Positions 61,587 to 64,000 of a DNA stretch of 64,000 nt are shown in pieces. The translations under genes were made by a program, and so were the position numbers. Positions within the stretch are counted from its first letter, which is position 1. Every line of letters begins with the position of its first letter. The stretch comes from Candidatus Acidiferrales bacterium (GTDB taxonomy: Bacteria > Acidobacteriota > Terriglobia > Acidiferrales > UBA7541), in the NCBI GenBank assembly GCA_035308165.1, contig DATGHC010000021.1, forward strand, positions 769-64,768, in the 5' to 3' direction. The notes under the pieces are model-generated. The model saw only the letters and a list, made by a program, of their open reading frames with translations. It was not told the DNA's origin and ran no database searches.

Positions 61587-63111
61587 GCGGCAACTCGGTG
61601 TCGCCGATATATGTGCTTCGGCTGATGCCGAGCATGCTCAGGAAAAAAGAAGCAAAAATCACCTGCACCCCTAGGAACATCCACATGGACCAGAACAGGA
61701 CCTCGCGCACGTCATACAACGGCCCAAATCCGCTCTTCGCCCATTGCAGTGTGACCCAGGCATCTCCACCCAGGCCTGCGAATAGTGCGATGGCCCCTAT
61801 CAATAAACCATCCTCGAGTTGGACACGATGCAGCCACCGGCGAAGCGACACCGACCTCCGGTCAAACCGCTCCGCATAGCTGAACACTTTCGCAAAGAAC
61901 CCGACCGAAATAATCTGTGCCCCCATCAATGTAAAGAACACCCCGAAAATCATAGTGTGCAAATCCAGTATGACGTGCGGGCTAATCTGCCGTGGGCCGG
62001 GCAGGAGCCAGAAGACCAGCACCAGCCCCACAAGAAACAGAAATCCGCCCGGCAACAAAAAAAGCCAGTTCGGAGCGTAAAGAAGCATGAACCTCAGATG
62101 TCTCCAGCCATCCCGGAAACTTCGCAGGTGAGGTGGTCGTCCGCGCTTGTCGGGCCATAACGCGACGGGTATCTCTGTGATTCGCGCGCCCAATTGGCCC
62201 GCCTTGATCACAAACTCCGATGCGAATTCCATTCCCGAGCTTCGCAGATCCATCCGGTCGAACACTTCACGGGAGAAGCCGCGCATCCCGCAATGGCTGT
62301 CCCCCACCCCCGTGCGAAACAACACGTTCAGAAGGCCGGTTAGCCCGGGATTGCCAATGTACTTGTGGTGCCAGGGCATCGCGCCGCTGTGAATGCCTCC
62401 AAGAAAACGATTTCCCATCACGACATCGTTTCCTTCCCTCCACGCCCGGACAAAATCAGGTACTGCCGAGAAATCATAGCTGTCGTCCGCGTCGCCCATC
62501 ACCACAAAACGCCCACGGGATGCGCGAATCCCGGCTTTCAACGCCGCGCCGTATCCGCGCTCAAATACACGCACAACCACCGCTCCACACGATTCGGCAA
62601 TTTCGACAGAGCCATCCGTCGAGCCGTTGTCTGCAACAATCACCTCTCCACTCAGGCCGGCATTGCGAAATGCTTCAAGCGCTTTCCCAATACAAATTGC
62701 CAGGGAATTCGCCTCGTTCAAGCAAGGAATTACAACAGACACTTCCGGGCCTGCTGGCGTGGTGGTTAAGGAAGTCTCGAGAGGCTGGAGCGAATTCTCG
62801 ACTTGCGTGGCCAATTCGTGATCACCAATCGTGATTCCAACACACTGCGCCTCTGATGGAAAGAGACCGATTGGTCCAGTGTGCTCTGCAAGTGAATCTA
62901 TGCGAACCAGCGACCTTACATACGATTGCGGATGGAATAACCTTCGATAGGCGTACTTCCGCCGTAATTTGATTCGGTCGTTTGGGTGTGGTGCAAGGTA
63001 GGCGGCGGAAGGTGAAGGGGAAAGACGGACCGGCCCAGCCCTCAATCCCCTAAAGGGATCCTCGGCTCGTCTTTCCCCATCGGACCTCTTAGAAGGCACG
63101 CGGCGCTCCAT
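61576..63111 (-). CDS. GT2 glycosyltransferase with C-terminal TM domain (GtrB/ArnC-like); start uncertain
   Basis: Catalytic domain VSVVIPCLNEANS, VADNGSTDGS, MGDADDSYD, followed by four TM helices. The track ORF runs to TTG 63210. Everything upstream of about 62814 is Arg-rich with rare codons and may be non-coding. Candidate starts are ATG 63111, ATG 63138, TTG 62814 and GTG 62739. Confidence 0.8.
   Translation of the reverse strand: MERRVPSKRSDGERRAEDPFRGLRAGPVRLSPSPSAAYLAPHPNDRIKLRRKYAYRRLFHPQSYVRSLVRIDSLAEHTGPIGLFPSEAQCVGITIGDHELATQVENSLQPLETSLTTTPAGPEVSVVIPCLNEANSLAICIGKALEAFRNAGLSGEVIVADNGSTDGSVEIAESCGAVVVRVFERGYGAALKAGIRASRGRFVVMGDADDSYDFSAVPDFVRAWREGNDVVMGNRFLGGIHSGAMPWHHKYIGNPGLTGLLNVLFRTGVGDSHCGMRGFSREVFDRMDLRSSGMEFASEFVIKAGQLGARITEIPVALWPDKRGRPPHLRSFRDGWRHLRFMLLYAPNWLFLLPGGFLFLVGLVLVFWLLPGPRQISPHVILDLHTMIFGVFFTLMGAQIISVGFFAKVFSYAERFDRRSVSLRRWLHRVQLEDGLLIGAIALFAGLGGDAWVTLQWAKSGFGPLYDVREVLFWSMWMFLGVQVIFASFFLSMLGISRSTYIGDTELPHDH
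63017..63078. repeat. long nested hairpin / inverted repeat
   Basis: 11-bp perfect arms GGGGAAAGACG (63017-63027) and CGTCTTTCCCC (63068-63078). Inner pairs AGCC/GGCT and ATCCC/GGGAT lie within the 40-nt spacer. Confidence 0.6.
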
Positions 63112-63219
63112 TCTTAAGCTATTGAAAATACTGGGCATTTGGCTGGCGGGGGCGGGTAAAAACGTCCGGTCAATGCAAAATTTGCTTTCCCCAATATCGG
63201 GTGAACGCAATCTCCACGG

Positions 63220-63642
63220 CTAAAACCAAGTTCTACTTTTGTAGTTTCTGTAAGCATTGCCAAACGCGGCTTCAAGGACTTCGGATTCCTTGCGCGCCCG
63301 CACGATTTGCAGTGGAATGATCAGCAAAAACACCAGCAAGAAGAGGGGTTTCAAGTAGAACAGACAGAGCCCGCAAATCAGGACGCTTCCGAACACATAA
63401 ATTGGGTTGCGGATTCGCGAATAGAGCCCATGCGTGACCAGGGTCTTGGCCTTCGCGCTCACCGAAAACGATGCGCCCAGTTGAATTCGCGCCATCATCC
63501 AGAGGAGCGCGCCGCAGACAATCATGCCCGCTCCAACCAGGCGCATCGGCGGCCAAGGCGCATTTCGGGCGCTCCAGAACATATATCCCATCACTCCCAT
63601 GACTATGGGAATTGCTACCCAAGTATCGCGGCTTTGTGGCAT
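63220..63642 (-). CDS. ICMT/PEMT-family membrane methyltransferase
   Basis: 140 aa with four hydrophobic segments. Family motif THGLYSRIRNPIYVFG. Confidence 0.8.
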   Translation of the reverse strand: MPQSRDTWVAIPIVMGVMGYMFWSARNAPWPPMRLVGAGMIVCGALLWMMARIQLGASFSVSAKAKTLVTHGLYSRIRNPIYVFGSVLICGLCLFYLKPLFLLVFLLIIPLQIVRARKESEVLEAAFGNAYRNYKSRTWF

Positions 63643-63882
63643 GGCGTGAGTTCAGAAATTCAGCCTTATTCTCCTCTCAAATCCATCGTCTCTGATTTGT
63701 GATATGGACTACTTATACTACGCTTCTGCATGATGGGAGATGTCATGCTGCACACGTAATTTCAAGCAATTCCACCACATTCTTGACCGGCTCTCAATCC
63801 TTGTCTAAGCTGGAAGATTACTCTGGCCGTATTTTGCCCACAGGGCGTCGGCCTTCACTGGGAGAGGGCTCTCCATCACCAC

Positions 63883-64000
63883 ATGGCTCTGAAAAGCATC
63901 ATCGTCCGCGGCGCCCGCCAGCACAATTTGAAGAACATCAACGTCGAAATCCCGCGCAACACGCTGGCGGTGATCACCGGCCTTTCGGGTTCTGGCAAAT
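63883..64000 (+). CDS. uvrA: excinuclease ABC subunit A, 5' fragment (continues beyond window)
   Basis: Absent from the ORF track. Hand translation from ATG 63883 gives [39 protein letters not shown], the canonical UvrA N-terminus with Walker A. Confidence 0.9.
   Translation, partial: MALKSIIVRGARQHNLKNINVEIPRNTLAVITGLSGSGK

Overview
This is a chromosomal, Acidobacteriota-like segment with no rRNA, CRISPR array, transposase or integrase visible. All calls come from reading the sequence and the ORF translations. No BLAST, HMM or folding was run, and hand-derived coordinates may be off by 1-2 nt.

(1) 1-20484, minus strand: one MacA/HlyD-type adaptor gene, seven tandem ~800-aa ADOP-type (internally duplicated FtsX/MacB-like) permease paralogs, and two soluble ABC ATPase genes. 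The last permease runs off the window edge and is missing from the ORF track. This array is the most unusual thing in the window.

(2) 20.7-26.5 kb, plus strand: an aromatic amino acid supraoperon, trpC-trpF-trpB-trpA, chorismate mutase, DAHP synthase, prephenate dehydrogenase.

(3) 26.6-41.5 kb: mixed genes.
- A secreted FecR-domain protein with an extreme poly-Gly tail.
- An orphan membrane protein and an OYE flavin reductase.
- A beta-lactamase-fold protein that appears to have lost its catalytic residues.
- A WXXGXW-repeat secreted protein.
- A cytoplasmic HtrA/PDZ protease plus pseudo-receiver LuxR regulator, divergent from a Toastrack/DUF4097 protein.
- A VOC protein, a TIGR02147-like HTH protein, polA, an HNH-like protein, a rhodanese and tRNA-Asn.

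(4) 41.6-54.1 kb, minus strand: a 12-gene respiratory operon. Alternative complex III is in the order actC-A-B-D-E-F, followed by a small TM protein, SCO, and caa3-type cytochrome oxidase subunits II-I-III-IV.

(5) 54.3-63.6 kb: a lipid-carrier-type glycosylation cluster with two GT-C-like membrane proteins, a sugar-nucleotide dehydrogenase, an SDR epimerase/dehydratase, two GT2 enzymes and two methyltransferases.

(6) 63883 to the window end: the 5' end of uvrA, also absent from the ORF track.
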